From NCBI GenBank assembly GCA_963761305.1, contig CAVXGK010000001.1, positions 1,216,001-1,280,000 on the forward strand: a stretch of DNA of 64,000 nt, in the 5' to 3' direction. Under the pieces are notes generated by a model that had not been told where the DNA came from, ran no database searches, and was given only the letters and a program-made list of their open reading frames with translations. The DNA is from an uncultured Gemmatimonadaceae bacterium. GTDB taxonomy: Bacteria > Gemmatimonadota > Gemmatimonadetes > Gemmatimonadales > Gemmatimonadaceae. Below are positions 51,395 to 61,695 of this stretch, piece by piece (positions within the stretch are counted from its first letter, which is position 1; each line of letters opens with the position of its first letter). The position numbers and the translations under genes are program-made.

Positions 51395-54064
51395 TCAATC
51401 CGATCGCATGCTCGTGAGCGGATCCACACGCATCGCCCGAAACGCCGGGAGAAAGCAAGCCGCCGCGGCAATCGTGAGCACCGAGGCCACGACGGCGACA
51501 TAGGTCCTGGGGTCGAGCGGACTGACGCCGTAGAGCGAGCTCGCGAGAACTCGGCCGCTGGCCATCGCGCCGGCGAGACCGAGCAGCACACCGATGGCGG
51601 CCGGCGTCAATCCTTGCCGAAGGACGAGCAGCATCACGTCGCGCGGCGACGCGCCGAGGGCGATGCGCACGCCGAGCTCGCGCGAGCGCGTCGAGACCAT
51701 GTACGACAACACGCCATAGATGCCGATCGCCGACAACAGGAACGCCACGACCGCGAACGCCGCGCAGACGGCGAGCGCGAACCGTCGCGGAGCGAGATCC
51801 AGGGCGAGGACGTCGTTCAGCGTTTCCACATCCCGTGTGGCGAGCGAGGGATCAGCCCGGCGAAGGGCTCGCTTGACAACGCCCGCGAGCGCCATCGGAT
51901 CGCCGGAGGTGCGAACGAACAGCACCATCGTCCGCTCCCACGTTTCATGGCGGTGATTGGCGAACAGCGTCGGCTTCGCCGGCGCGTCGAGCGACTGATC
52001 CCGGATGTCGCCGACGATGCCGACGATCGTGATCCAGGTTCCGTTCGGGTTCGGCCCAATGCGAATGCGGCGACCGATAGCATCGCCCTTCGGAAAGAAT
52101 TGCCGCGCCGCCGCCTCGTTGATGACCCCCGTCTCCGGGCCGGTCGCGAGATCCGTCGCGTCGTACACGCGCCCCGCGATCACGGGGATGCGCAGTGCCT
52201 TGAAATAGTCGCCGCGCACCGAGATGTAGCCTAGATCCGGAAGGTGCGTCTCGTCGATCGGCTCGCCCTCGATGCGAATGCTGCTCGATACGCCGCCGCG
52301 CGTGGGAACGCCGCGCGCCGCTCCGACCGCGACGACACCCGGCGCGTGGGAGATCTCATCCAGCAGGCCGTCGTAGAACGAATTGATCGCGGCGGTGCTG
52401 TCGTAGCGTTCGCCGGACGCGCGCACGCGGGCCGTGAGTACGCGATCGGGGTCGAAACCCAACCTGACCTGCGTCAGCTCGGCGAAACTGCGCAGGAGTA
52501 GACCGGTGCCGATCAGCAGGATCACGGCGAGCCCCACCTGCACCGCGACGAGCGTCCGCCGGAGCCGGTCGCCGGCCGGGCTGACCGTCGCGGAACGGCT
52601 GCCTTCCTTGAGAGAATCTTGAAGGTCGGGGCGGGCGGCCCCGAGCGCCGGCACGACGCCAAAGAGCACGCCGGTGACGACGGAGAGCACCGCGCTGAAC
52701 GCCACGATGCGCCAATCCACCGTGGCGACGAACGCCGCGGGAAGCACCTCGGGGTTGAGCGCGAGCATGCGACTCGTCGCCACGCGCGCGAGCGCGACTC
52801 CCAACGCACCGCCGGTCAGCGACACGAGCACCGACTCGGTCAACAACTGTCGAACCAGTCGTCCTCTGCCCGCGCCGAGTGCGGCACGGACGGCGAGCTC
52901 GCGCCGCCGGCCCACGGCACGTGAGAGCGCAAGGTTCGCGAGATTGGCGCAGGCGATGAGCAGCACGATCAGCGCCGCGCCTTGCATGAGGACGAGCGCC
53001 GACGCGACCGACCCGGCCATCGCCGTCCGTAGCGGTTCGACGACCGCGACGCGCCCGGCACTCGCCTGCGGGTACTCGGCTGCCAGTTGCCTGGCGATGC
53101 CGGCGAGATCGGCGCGAGCCGCGGCGAGCGACGTGCCCGGCTTCATCCGACCGACAACGCGGGCGTAGTGCTGACGCCGCGTCACGGCGACGTTCGCCAT
53201 CTCCTCGTGGAAGTCGTCCGAGGTCCACACGTCCTCGTCCAATCCGAGCGTGAAACGCGGCGGCATCACGCCGATGAGGGTGTATGCCAGGCCGTTCAGT
53301 GTGATCGGCTTGCCGATCGCCGACAGGTCGCCGCCGAGCTGGTTGTGCCACACGCGATACGACACGAGCGCCGCTCGGTCGTTACCGGCGGCGCCTTCGC
53401 CGGGAGCGAAGGTTCTTCCGTGCAGCGCCGGCGCTTCAAGAACCGTGAAGAGATTCGGCGTCACCGAGACGCCGGAGAGCATCTCGGGTTCGCCGGCGTC
53501 GGACCGCCACGTGAGTTCACCGTTGCCGACGTACGCGGCCAGGTCGGTGAACGTGTGTTGCCGCGCGCGGTAGTCGATGTAATTGGGTGGGGAAATCGAC
53601 GAACGGCCCGCCGGATCGCCGGGCCAGCTCTCGAAGACCGCCAGCAGGCTGCCGGGAGATCCATATGGTAGCGGCGCGATCAGCACCGCGCGGGCGACGG
53701 CGAAGATCGCCGCGTTCGCGCCGATGGCGAGGGCGAGCGTCAACAACGCCACCGCGGCGAACCCCGGACTTCGCCGCACGGTGCGCAGCGTGTATCGCGC
53801 ATCCTGTACCCAGCCGGCGAGACGGTCGGTCAGGCGTGCTTCGCGCTCCGCCACCTCGTCGACGCGGCGGCAGTAGTCGCGCGTGAACTCGAGATCGCCG
53901 AACTCCTCGCGAGCGCGCGCCACGGCCTCGTCGGGCGACAACCCGCGCGCGCGCAACTCGGCGACGCGCATGTCGAGGTGGAATGACAGCTCGCTGTCGA
54001 CGTCGCGCGCGATCGTCGATCGCGACCGCCACGGAAAGCGGAACCAACGAACGAGCGGCCGCAT
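51395..54064 (-). CDS. ADOP-type duplicated ABC permease with N-terminal prefix domain
   Basis: DSELSFHLDMR...A..EFG prefix, RRSPGF, IACANLANL and RSRELGVRIALGA. Confidence 0.93.
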   Translation of the reverse strand: MRPLVRWFRFPWRSRSTIARDVDSELSFHLDMRVAELRARGLSPDEAVARAREEFGDLEFTRDYCRRVDEVAEREARLTDRLAGWVQDARYTLRTVRRSPGFAAVALLTLALAIGANAAIFAVARAVLIAPLPYGSPGSLLAVFESWPGDPAGRSSISPPNYIDYRARQHTFTDLAAYVGNGELTWRSDAGEPEMLSGVSVTPNLFTVLEAPALHGRTFAPGEGAAGNDRAALVSYRVWHNQLGGDLSAIGKPITLNGLAYTLIGVMPPRFTLGLDEDVWTSDDFHEEMANVAVTRRQHYARVVGRMKPGTSLAAARADLAGIARQLAAEYPQASAGRVAVVEPLRTAMAGSVASALVLMQGAALIVLLIACANLANLALSRAVGRRRELAVRAALGAGRGRLVRQLLTESVLVSLTGGALGVALARVATSRMLALNPEVLPAAFVATVDWRIVAFSAVLSVVTGVLFGVVPALGAARPDLQDSLKEGSRSATVSPAGDRLRRTLVAVQVGLAVILLIGTGLLLRSFAELTQVRLGFDPDRVLTARVRASGERYDSTAAINSFYDGLLDEISHAPGVVAVGAARGVPTRGGVSSSIRIEGEPIDETHLPDLGYISVRGDYFKALRIPVIAGRVYDATDLATGPETGVINEAAARQFFPKGDAIGRRIRIGPNPNGTWITIVGIVGDIRDQSLDAPAKPTLFANHRHETWERTMVLFVRTSGDPMALAGVVKRALRRADPSLATRDVETLNDVLALDLAPRRFALAVCAAFAVVAFLLSAIGIYGVLSYMVSTRSRELGVRIALGASPRDVMLLVLRQGLTPAAIGVLLGLAGAMASGRVLASSLYGVSPLDPRTYVAVVASVLTIAAAACFLPAFRAMRVDPLTSMRSD

Positions 54065-54068
54065 GGAA

Positions 54069-54401
54069 TCAGCCGGTGCTGAGCAACTTGCCGACGGCGT
54101 CGGCGTACGACCGCCACACGGCCGATTCCGCGCGCAGCTCGGCGCGGCCGCCGGTCGTGAGCCTGTAGTACTTCGCCTTTCGGTTGTTCTGCGAGACGCC
54201 CCACGTCGACGCGATCAGCTTGCGCCGCTCGAGGCGGTGCAGCGCCTGATAGAGCGCGGCGCCGTCGACGGCGATCACACCGTCCGTGTGCTCATCGATC
54301 CACCGCGAGATGGCGTAGCCGTGCATCGGTTCCCAGGCGAGCGTGCGCAGAATGAGCACGTCGACGGTTCCCTGCAGGAGATCGTTCGGGGTTTTCGGCA
54401 C
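54069..54401 (-). CDS. PadR family regulator (ADOP-associated)
   Basis: LLQGTVDVLIL, MHGYAI, LYQALHRLE and NNRKAKYYRLT. Confidence 0.93.
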   Translation of the reverse strand: MPKTPNDLLQGTVDVLILRTLAWEPMHGYAISRWIDEHTDGVIAVDGAALYQALHRLERRKLIASTWGVSQNNRKAKYYRLTTGGRAELRAESAVWRSYADAVGKLLSTG

Positions 54402-54405
54402 CGGC

Positions 54406-54432
54406 CCTTCCAGTCATCAGGTGAGTGGAAGG
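54406..54432. promoter_or_regulatory. Putative PadR autoregulatory operator
   Basis: CCTTCCAGTCA-N5-TGAGTGGAAGG (1 mismatch) overlapping the padR RBS. Confidence 0.5.
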
Positions 54433-54455
54433 AATAAGAGCGGGGCCGCGATGCG

Positions 54456-55316
54456 TCAAGGCGCGGCGGGCAAAGCGTGTCGAACGCCGAACAGGTTCAC
54501 CCAGAGATCACCGTGTGCAGCGAGCCGCTCGGGCATCGTCCGCAGCGTGATCGATTGCGGGCCGACCTCGCCGCTCTCGAGTTCGTCCCACGTGCATGGC
54601 GCCGAGGTGGGCGCGCCGGGCTTCGGCCGCACCGCGTACGTCGCCGCGAACGTCGCGCCAAAGTCGTTGCGTCCGGTATCGACGAGAATCTTGCCGCCGC
54701 GGTCGGCCTTGTAGAACTCCTGCGTCAAACGATCGGGCGCGCGACGCACCAACTCGCGTCCCACGGCGTGGGCGAAGCGCGCGACCTGGCCGCTGTCGGA
54801 CTTCTCGTCGAGCGCGAACACGACGTGAAAGCCCTTCGATCCCGACGTCTTCACCCAACTCGCGACGCCGAGCTCGGCGAGGGTGTCGCGGAGGAGCAAC
54901 GTCGCGGAGCGCAGCGCATCCGCGTCGTCGACGAGCGGGTCGAGATCGAACACGCACAGGTCGGGATAAAGCAGCTTTGGCACGCGCGACGTCCACACGT
55001 GGGGCGTGATGGAGTTCTGATTCGCCATCCATAGGATGCCGCGCGCGTCGCGCACGACCGCGTAGTTGACGACGCCATCCGATTTCGGCACGGCCACGCG
55101 TTCGAGCCACGCGGGCGCAGCCGGGCCGAGATTCTTCTGAAAGAACCCCTTCTCGCCGATGCCGCGGTGGAAACGCTCCATCGTCACGGGCCGGCCGGCG
55201 ATGTGCGGAAGCATGACCGGCGCGACGAGCTGATAGTACGACGCGAGCTCTCCCTTGGTGATGCCGGACTCGGGGAATATGACCTTTTCGGGATGCGAAA
55301 TCGCGATCTCGCTCAT
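54456..55316 (-). CDS. LigD-type primase-polymerase domain protein (NHEJ)
   Basis: ISHPEKVIFP, TKGEL..YY, FFQK, FDLDP, KTSGSKGFHV and YAVRP. Confidence 0.92.
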   Translation of the reverse strand: MSEIAISHPEKVIFPESGITKGELASYYQLVAPVMLPHIAGRPVTMERFHRGIGEKGFFQKNLGPAAPAWLERVAVPKSDGVVNYAVVRDARGILWMANQNSITPHVWTSRVPKLLYPDLCVFDLDPLVDDADALRSATLLLRDTLAELGVASWVKTSGSKGFHVVFALDEKSDSGQVARFAHAVGRELVRRAPDRLTQEFYKADRGGKILVDTGRNDFGATFAATYAVRPKPGAPTSAPCTWDELESGEVGPQSITLRTMPERLAAHGDLWVNLFGVRHALPAAP

Positions 55317-56182
55317 GCGGCGGGCGGTTCTCCGCGTACCACGTCGCGCGCCCGAACGTTCGTCGGGACCGCGAGCAATCGGGAGTGTCGCAGCTTGGTG
55401 TGTACGGTCCACTCGATGAACGCCACGCGCACGACGATCTCGGGGCGCACCCAATGCGCGCGCACGCGCGGCAATCCTTTGGCTCTGGTGAACGGCGATG
55501 TCTCGAGTTCCATCGCGTCGAACCGTGCACGAAGCGCGGTCAAGAGCTGCGTGTCGAAGCCCGTGCCGACCTTGCCGGCGAAGACGAAGTCGTTGCCCTC
55601 GAAGAATCCCACGAGCAGCGCGCCGAGCCCGACGCGTTTGCCCTGCGCGTCGGTGAAGCCGCCGACGACGAAGTTCTGCGCCAGCTCGCACTTCATCTTG
55701 AGCCAGTGCTTCGACCGCTTGTGCTCGTATGGCGAGTTGCGGCGCTTCGCGATCACGCCTTCCCAACCCTCGGCGCACGCGCGATCCCACGGTGCCGCGT
55801 CGTCGATCTCGCTCACGCGGTACAGCGGCGCTTCCAGCGGCAACGCGGCCAGCAGCGCACGACGCTCGGCCAGCGGAATTTGCGTGACGTCGCGACCGTC
55901 GAGCCACACGACGTCGAACACGTGATATGCCGTGTGTCCGTCCCACGTGACTTCGCCGTCGAGAATCGCGTCGCCGACCGGCAGCGACGCGACGGCTGAA
56001 GCGATGCGAGGCAGGTCCTTCTCTTTTCGCGTGCGGGAGTAGAGCCGTACGCTGTCGCCCTGTTTGAACGCGATGAGGCGGATGCCGTCGTACTTCCGCT
56101 CGAACATCCAGTCTGGCCCGGTGAAACGCTCCTGCGTGAGCGTCGCCGCCATGGGCTCGATCCAGTCGGGAAAGACCGTCAT
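55313..56182 (-). CDS. ATP-dependent DNA ligase, LigD ligase domain
   Basis: PMAATL, ERKYDGIR, LDGEV, FDV, EGVIAKR, WLKMK, GKVGTGF and WVRPE. Confidence 0.92.
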   Translation of the reverse strand: MTVFPDWIEPMAATLTQERFTGPDWMFERKYDGIRLIAFKQGDSVRLYSRTRKEKDLPRIASAVASLPVGDAILDGEVTWDGHTAYHVFDVVWLDGRDVTQIPLAERRALLAALPLEAPLYRVSEIDDAAPWDRACAEGWEGVIAKRRNSPYEHKRSKHWLKMKCELAQNFVVGGFTDAQGKRVGLGALLVGFFEGNDFVFAGKVGTGFDTQLLTALRARFDAMELETSPFTRAKGLPRVRAHWVRPEIVVRVAFIEWTVHTKLRHSRLLAVPTNVRARDVVRGEPPAA

Positions 56183-57885
56183 GTCACGTCGCCCATCGGC
56201 ACTTGCACCTCGCTCGGCGGCTCGACCACCGGCTGGCCGCTGTCCAGGAGCATCTGTTCGAGATCCAGCTCGTACTGGACGGTCGCCATGACGTCGTCGC
56301 CGATCACGGCGCGGTCGCGAAGATCGAACAGCGCGCGGCGCTCGGCGGCGATCATCGCCGAGCGAATGCGACGGTATTCGACGGCACGGCGCTCGTCGAG
56401 CGCGCCGGCGTCGTGCGACGGCGGCGACGACACGAAATGCTGGTGGTCGATCTCGTCCGTGTGGTCCTGAAGGCGCCGCGCCTCGCTCGCGGCCCATCGC
56501 CGCGCGCGTTGCAGATGCCGCTGGCGCAGATAGCGCTGCACCTCGGGATACTCCAAGTCGTCGCGGGGTAGTTCATCGAGTGCGAGCAGCCCGGCCTCGG
56601 CGGACGCCAGACGCGCGTGGGCCACTTCGTCTTCGACGGTTCCGTCGGCACGCAACTGAAGCGCGCGGGCGAACGGCCGCAACGTCGGCGCCTGCAGCAC
56701 GAGCGACGCGAGGATGACGCAGAAAGTGATGAAGATGATGCGCTCGCGCGCCGGAAACGGCTGCCCCGCTGCGGTCACAAGGGGAAGCGCGAGCGCGATG
56801 ACCAGCGAGTCGCCGCCGCGCACGCCGGCCCATCCCACAAAAAGGAGCTGGCGCCACGTCGGCAGCGGGTCGTGCGTGTGGCGAATCCAGCGGCCGATTT
56901 GCCCGCCGGCGTACGCGCTGGGGAACAGCCAGGCGAGCCGCACCACGACGACAGACGCGAAGACCACGGCCGCCTCGCGCACCAACGACGGGAGCGTCGC
57001 CGGTTCCAGATCGCGCACGACGTACGGCAGCTCGATGCCGATCAGAATGAAGATCAACGACTCGAGGACATATGTCGTGACGGTCCACATGCTCCCGGTC
57101 TGTGTCCGCGACGCCGGCGAGACGATCGCCTGAATGTTGCGCCCGATGTACATCCCCGCGGCAACGACGGCGATCACGCCGGAGAGCCGCACCGATTCGG
57201 CCGCGAGGTACACGGCGAATGGCGTCAAGAGCGAGAGCGTCGTGTCGGCCACGTCGATGCGTTGCGTGAGCCGGCGCAGTCGAAGAATCAGCATGCCGAG
57301 GGCGATGCCGATCGCCACGCCGCCGACGCCGACGACGACGAATTGCAGAGCGGCGGTCCGCGGGGCGAACGTTCCCGTCACAGCCGCGGCGACGGCGATG
57401 CGATACAGGACGAGCGCCGTGGCGTCGTTGAGCAGTCCTTCGCCTTCCAAAATGCGCTCGATCACTCGCGGCAGGCGCACCGACCGCATCACGGACAGGA
57501 CGGCGACTGGATCGGGCGGCGAGATCACCGCGCCAAGCGTGAACGCGGCGGCCCACGTGAACGCCGGGTCGATCGCGCGAACGACGACGGCCACGGCGAC
57601 GGAGGACACCAGCACCATGAGCACGGCCAGGCGCAGGATCGGTCCCGCGGAACGGCGAAGGTCCCGCAGCGGAAACGCGGCGGCTCCCCAGTACAACAGC
57701 GGCGGGACGAACACGAGGAACAAGACGTCCGGCGCCAGCTCGATGCGAGGGAGATGCGGAATCTCGGCGAGGGCGAGTCCGCCGACGACAAGCAGCGTCG
57801 CGTACGGGATGCGCCAGCGCTCGGCGAGGATGCGGAGGCACACCGACGCGGCGAGCAACAGGAGAACGAGCTCGAGGCCGGACAT
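56179..57885 (-). CDS. Na+/H+ antiporter, CPA1 family
   Basis: PPLLY, SPPDPVA, EGEGLLNDA and WAGVRG; many TM helices. Confidence 0.92.
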   Translation of the reverse strand: MSGLELVLLLLAASVCLRILAERWRIPYATLLVVGGLALAEIPHLPRIELAPDVLFLVFVPPLLYWGAAAFPLRDLRRSAGPILRLAVLMVLVSSVAVAVVVRAIDPAFTWAAAFTLGAVISPPDPVAVLSVMRSVRLPRVIERILEGEGLLNDATALVLYRIAVAAAVTGTFAPRTAALQFVVVGVGGVAIGIALGMLILRLRRLTQRIDVADTTLSLLTPFAVYLAAESVRLSGVIAVVAAGMYIGRNIQAIVSPASRTQTGSMWTVTTYVLESLIFILIGIELPYVVRDLEPATLPSLVREAAVVFASVVVVRLAWLFPSAYAGGQIGRWIRHTHDPLPTWRQLLFVGWAGVRGGDSLVIALALPLVTAAGQPFPARERIIFITFCVILASLVLQAPTLRPFARALQLRADGTVEDEVAHARLASAEAGLLALDELPRDDLEYPEVQRYLRQRHLQRARRWAASEARRLQDHTDEIDHQHFVSSPPSHDAGALDERRAVEYRRIRSAMIAAERRALFDLRDRAVIGDDVMATVQYELDLEQMLLDSGQPVVEPPSEVQVPMGDVT

Positions 57886-57996
57886 TGGTGCCCCAAAGTG
57901 AGCGCTGGCGGCCCGCTGCAAGCAAGCGCTGCGCGGCGATCCCACGGAATCGCGTCATCACTCGCGCCGACCCGCGGCTGGCCGTAGCTTGTCCGC

Positions 57997-60656
57997 GTGG
58001 CGACGCCGCCCTTTCCCACCGACCGACTCAGTTCGGCATTCGCCGGCCGTTACCGGATCGAACGGGAACTAGGCGCCGGCGGCATGGCCACCGTCTATCT
58101 CGCCGCGGATCTCACGCACGATCGCAAAGTCGCGATCAAGGTGCTCAAACCGGAGCTGGCCGCGGTGCTCGGCGCCGACCGGTTCGCCGTTGAGATCAAG
58201 ACGACGGCGTCGCTCCAGCATCCGCACATCCTACCCCTCTTCGATTCCGGCACGGCCGACGGACTGCCGTTTTACGTCATGCCCTACGTCCAGGGCGAGA
58301 CGATTCGTCAGAAGCTCGACCGCGAGACGCAATTCGGCATCGACGACGCGATCCGCATCGCGCGCGAGGTGGCCGACGCGCTCGACTACGCGCATCGGCG
58401 GGGCGTGGTCCATCGCGACATAAAGCCCGAGAACATTCTGCTGCACGACGGGCGCGCGATGGTGATGGACTTCGGCATCGCGCTCGCCGTCTCCGCCGCG
58501 GCGGGCGGCCGGATGACCGAGACCGGCCTCTCGCTCGGAACGCCGCACTACATGTCGCCCGAACAGGCGACGGCGGAGAAGGAGATCACCGGCCGCTCCG
58601 ACATTTACTCGCTCGCGAGCGTGTTGTACGAGATGCTCGCCGGTCAGCCGCCGCACCTCGGCGGCTCGGCGCAGCAGATCATCATGAAGATCATCGCCGA
58701 GCCGGTGCGGCCGGTGACGCAGTATCGGAAATCGGTGCCGGCCAACGTTTCTGCCGCCCTCGACAAGGCGCTCGAGAAGCTCCCGGCTGATCGTTTCGAG
58801 AATGCGAAAGCGTTCCGCGACGCGCTGGCCAACGCGACGTTTACGACCACGACTGCCGCGAGGCCCACGCGTGCCGCAGCTGAAGCGCACGGCGGCGTGT
58901 GGCGCGGCGCGCTCGTCGCGACAGCCGCTGTCGCGCTTCTCGCGACGGTCGGCTTCGTGTGGGCGTTGCGCCGGCCGACGGTCGTGCCAGACGAGCCAGT
59001 TGTGCGCGTTGTCGTCGATCTGCAACCGGGCGAACGGCTGCCCTCCGGCACTCTCGGATCGGTGGTCGCCATCTCGCCACAGGGCGACCGCCTCGTGTAC
59101 GGGGCGGTGGGGACGGCCGGCACGCGCCTAATGATCAGGCGCACCGGCGAGACGACCGCGCGCGAACTGACCTCCGCGGTGGGATGGCAGCCCGCCTTCT
59201 CGCCCGACGGTAAGTGGATCGCGTATACGGACGGCGATGAGGTCAGGAAGATCTCGGCCGATGGCGGACCGAGCTCGCTGCTGGCGACCATTTCCAACTC
59301 GGGCATTCGTGGTCTCTGCTGGACCGGGAGCGACACCGTCCTGGTCGGATCGGACGCTGGAATGCTCGCGGTCTCGAGCCGGGGAGGCGCCCCACATCGC
59401 GTTCTCGAGGTGGATTCGACAGCCTCCGCCGTGTATCCGGTGATGCTCCCCGATGAGAAGACGTTTGCGTATACCGTCGGCGGCACGGCTGGTTCGCGAC
59501 GACTCGTGGTGACATCGCTCGCGTCGCACCGAACGACGGTGCTCGAGACCGCCGCCGCGGTTGCGCTGGGAATGCGCGACGGGCACCTGCTGTACGTGAC
59601 GAGCGCCGGTGCGTTGGACGCGGTCCCGTTCGACCTCGACCGGCAGCAGGTGAGCGGCGATCCGATCCAACTCGAGAGCGGCATACAGATCTCTGGTCCG
59701 GGCGCGGCGCTCGCATCCCTTTCCGTAAATGGGTCGCTGTGGTACGTGAGCGGAGAGTCGATGAATCATCTCGTGCGTGCGGCGATCGGGGGGGACGGCC
59801 GGACGTGCCACTGATCGACGACGCGCGCAAGTTCAGGAATCCGCGCTTCTCCCCCGATGGGCGGAAATTCGCCGTCGAGGTGACCGATGCGAAGGGCGCC
59901 AACATCTGGTTGTACGATCTTGCCGGCAAAACCCTCACACCGCTCACCAAGGACGGCGGTGGCGTCCCCGAATGGTCGGGAGACGGAAAGCGCGTCCTCT
60001 ATAGGTCGACCGGCGTCGGAAAGGTCGCCGTCAACTGGCTGCCCGCGGACGGGAGCGCTCCGGCCGAGTTGCTATACCAGCCGGACGAAGCGATCAACGA
60101 GGCCCTTCTGTCGCAGGACGGGAAATGGCTGATCTATCGAACGGCCCCCGGCCTTCACAACCGCGACATCTTCGCCGTTCCACTCGATGGAGACCGCAAG
60201 CCAATCCTTCTCGTGGGTGGGCCGGCGCACGAGTCGCATCCGCGCCTGTCGCCCGACGGAAAGTGGATGGCGTATCAGTCGAACGAGAGCGGCCGGTTCG
60301 AGATATACGTGCGGCCCTTTCCGGGCAACGGCCCTCGCGTCCAGGTGAGCAACGATGGCGGCCAGGAGCCCCTGTGGGCTCGGTCGGGCAACACGATCTT
60401 CTATCGAACGCCGACCGGCGGCCTCGAATCCGCCGCCGTGACGCGCGGGGCGACGATCACGGTTGGAGAGCGTCGCGTCGCGCTGCCACCGGCTGACTAC
60501 ATGGACGACATCACGCACGCGAGCTACGACGTCTGGCCGGACGGCAGCGGATTCCTGATGGTGAAATCTGTCAGCGCGGACGACCGGCCGATTCTCGTGC
60601 ACAACTGGGGCCGGACACTGCGCGAAAAATTCGCTGCGGGCAGCGATTCAAAGTGA
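57997..60656 (+). CDS. Ser/Thr kinase + TM + PD40/TolB-like beta-propeller, frameshifted near 59795
   Basis: HRDIKPEN, DFG and YMSPE; FSPDG repeats continue in ORF 59739..60656 (SNESGRFEIYV). Confidence 0.88.
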
Positions 60657-60701
60657 TTGCTATCAAGCCGGGACTCACGACGCAGCGACAGCGGAAGCCG
60701 A

Positions 60702-61118
60702 ATGCCAGCCAAACTCTGGGCGCGACCCATCCTCCACGTCGGCGACGTCGCCGCGAGCATCGCCTACTACTGCGAAAAACTCGGCTTCGCCGAGGATTGG
60801 AACGAGGGCCGTGACGACTCGCCCGTCGCACAAGTGAGCCGCAACGGCATCGCGCTCATTCTCGACAAGCACACCTACTTTGCCAAAGCGGGTACGCCGA
60901 GCGTCATCAGTCTGACGTTGAACGATCTGCCCAACCGCCCGTCGCTCGACGCGTTGCATCGCGAGTTGCTCGTCGCCGGCGCGAAGATCACGAAATCGCC
61001 GTTCAAGGTGCATTGGGATCCGCACCTGTACGAACTGGACGTCGAAGATCTCGACGGCAACGTGCTCATGTTCTGGGGATTCATGCCGCCCGAGCGCGAG
61101 TTCACCGGGGTGGAGTAA
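60702..61118 (+). CDS. VOC/glyoxalase (bleomycin-resistance-like) protein
   Basis: PILHVGDV..SIAYY..KLGF...EDLDGNVL.F. Confidence 0.85.
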   Translation: MPAKLWARPILHVGDVAASIAYYCEKLGFAEDWNEGRDDSPVAQVSRNGIALILDKHTYFAKAGTPSVISLTLNDLPNRPSLDALHRELLVAGAKITKSPFKVHWDPHLYELDVEDLDGNVLMFWGFMPPEREFTGVE

Positions 61119-61188
61119 CAGCGATGAACACGCTGGTCCGTTCGGGAAACGCTGGCTTTTTCGCAAGTGGCGATCGCGGGCGGCACCA

Positions 61189-61695
61189 TCCTTCGCGCGA
61201 CCGCCCGCAAAACTGCCGATACTGCCGGCAGTATTGCAACGGCTCGCGCTGCGGACGGTGCCACCCGCTCTCTGGGTTGCGTTGAAAGGCGATCATCCGC
61301 GTGAGAGCGATGCCGCGCTTCGTGAAAACGGCGCTACCATGCGGTCATGCCCGCCACGGACCCGATCCCGGCACTGAAGCAGGAGGCCGCCGTCGCGCTC
61401 GTTCCGCTCGTGGAACGCTGGAATCGCAACGATGCCGCGGCGCTGCTCGGTACTGAGGGCGAGCGGATCGCGGACTTGCGATACGGGAGGCTCGATCGGT
61501 TCTCGCTCGAGCGACTGATCCGGTTCCTCGTGCGGGCTGGCGCACGCGTCGAGCTGCGGATCACAGCGCCTCGGCACTGACGCCGAACGCCTCGGGCCTG
61601 GCCACTCGGAGAGCGGAGCGGCCTGGTGTCCGCAGCGCGAGCCGTTGCAATACTGCCGGCGGTATCGGCAGTGTTGCGGGCGGTCGCGCGAAGGA
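61189..61695. mobile_element. Inverted-repeat-bounded mini-cassette carrying an HTH gene
   Basis: 68-bp IR at 61189-61256/61628-61695 with 2 mismatches; an apparent empty allele lies at 62830-62882. Confidence 0.55.
61347..61580 (+). CDS. Small XRE/HTH_37-type DNA-binding protein
   Basis: AAALLG...RIADLRYGRLDRFSLERLIRFL...G..VEL.I. TACCAT -10 box lies 6 nt upstream (leaderless). Confidence 0.8.
   Translation: MPATDPIPALKQEAAVALVPLVERWNRNDAAALLGTEGERIADLRYGRLDRFSLERLIRFLVRAGARVELRITAPRH

Noticed and set aside
15447..60656. Four paralogous Ser/Thr kinases and three ADOP permeases as a novel system
   Set aside because: These expansions are expected background for this kind of genome and are not organised as one locus.
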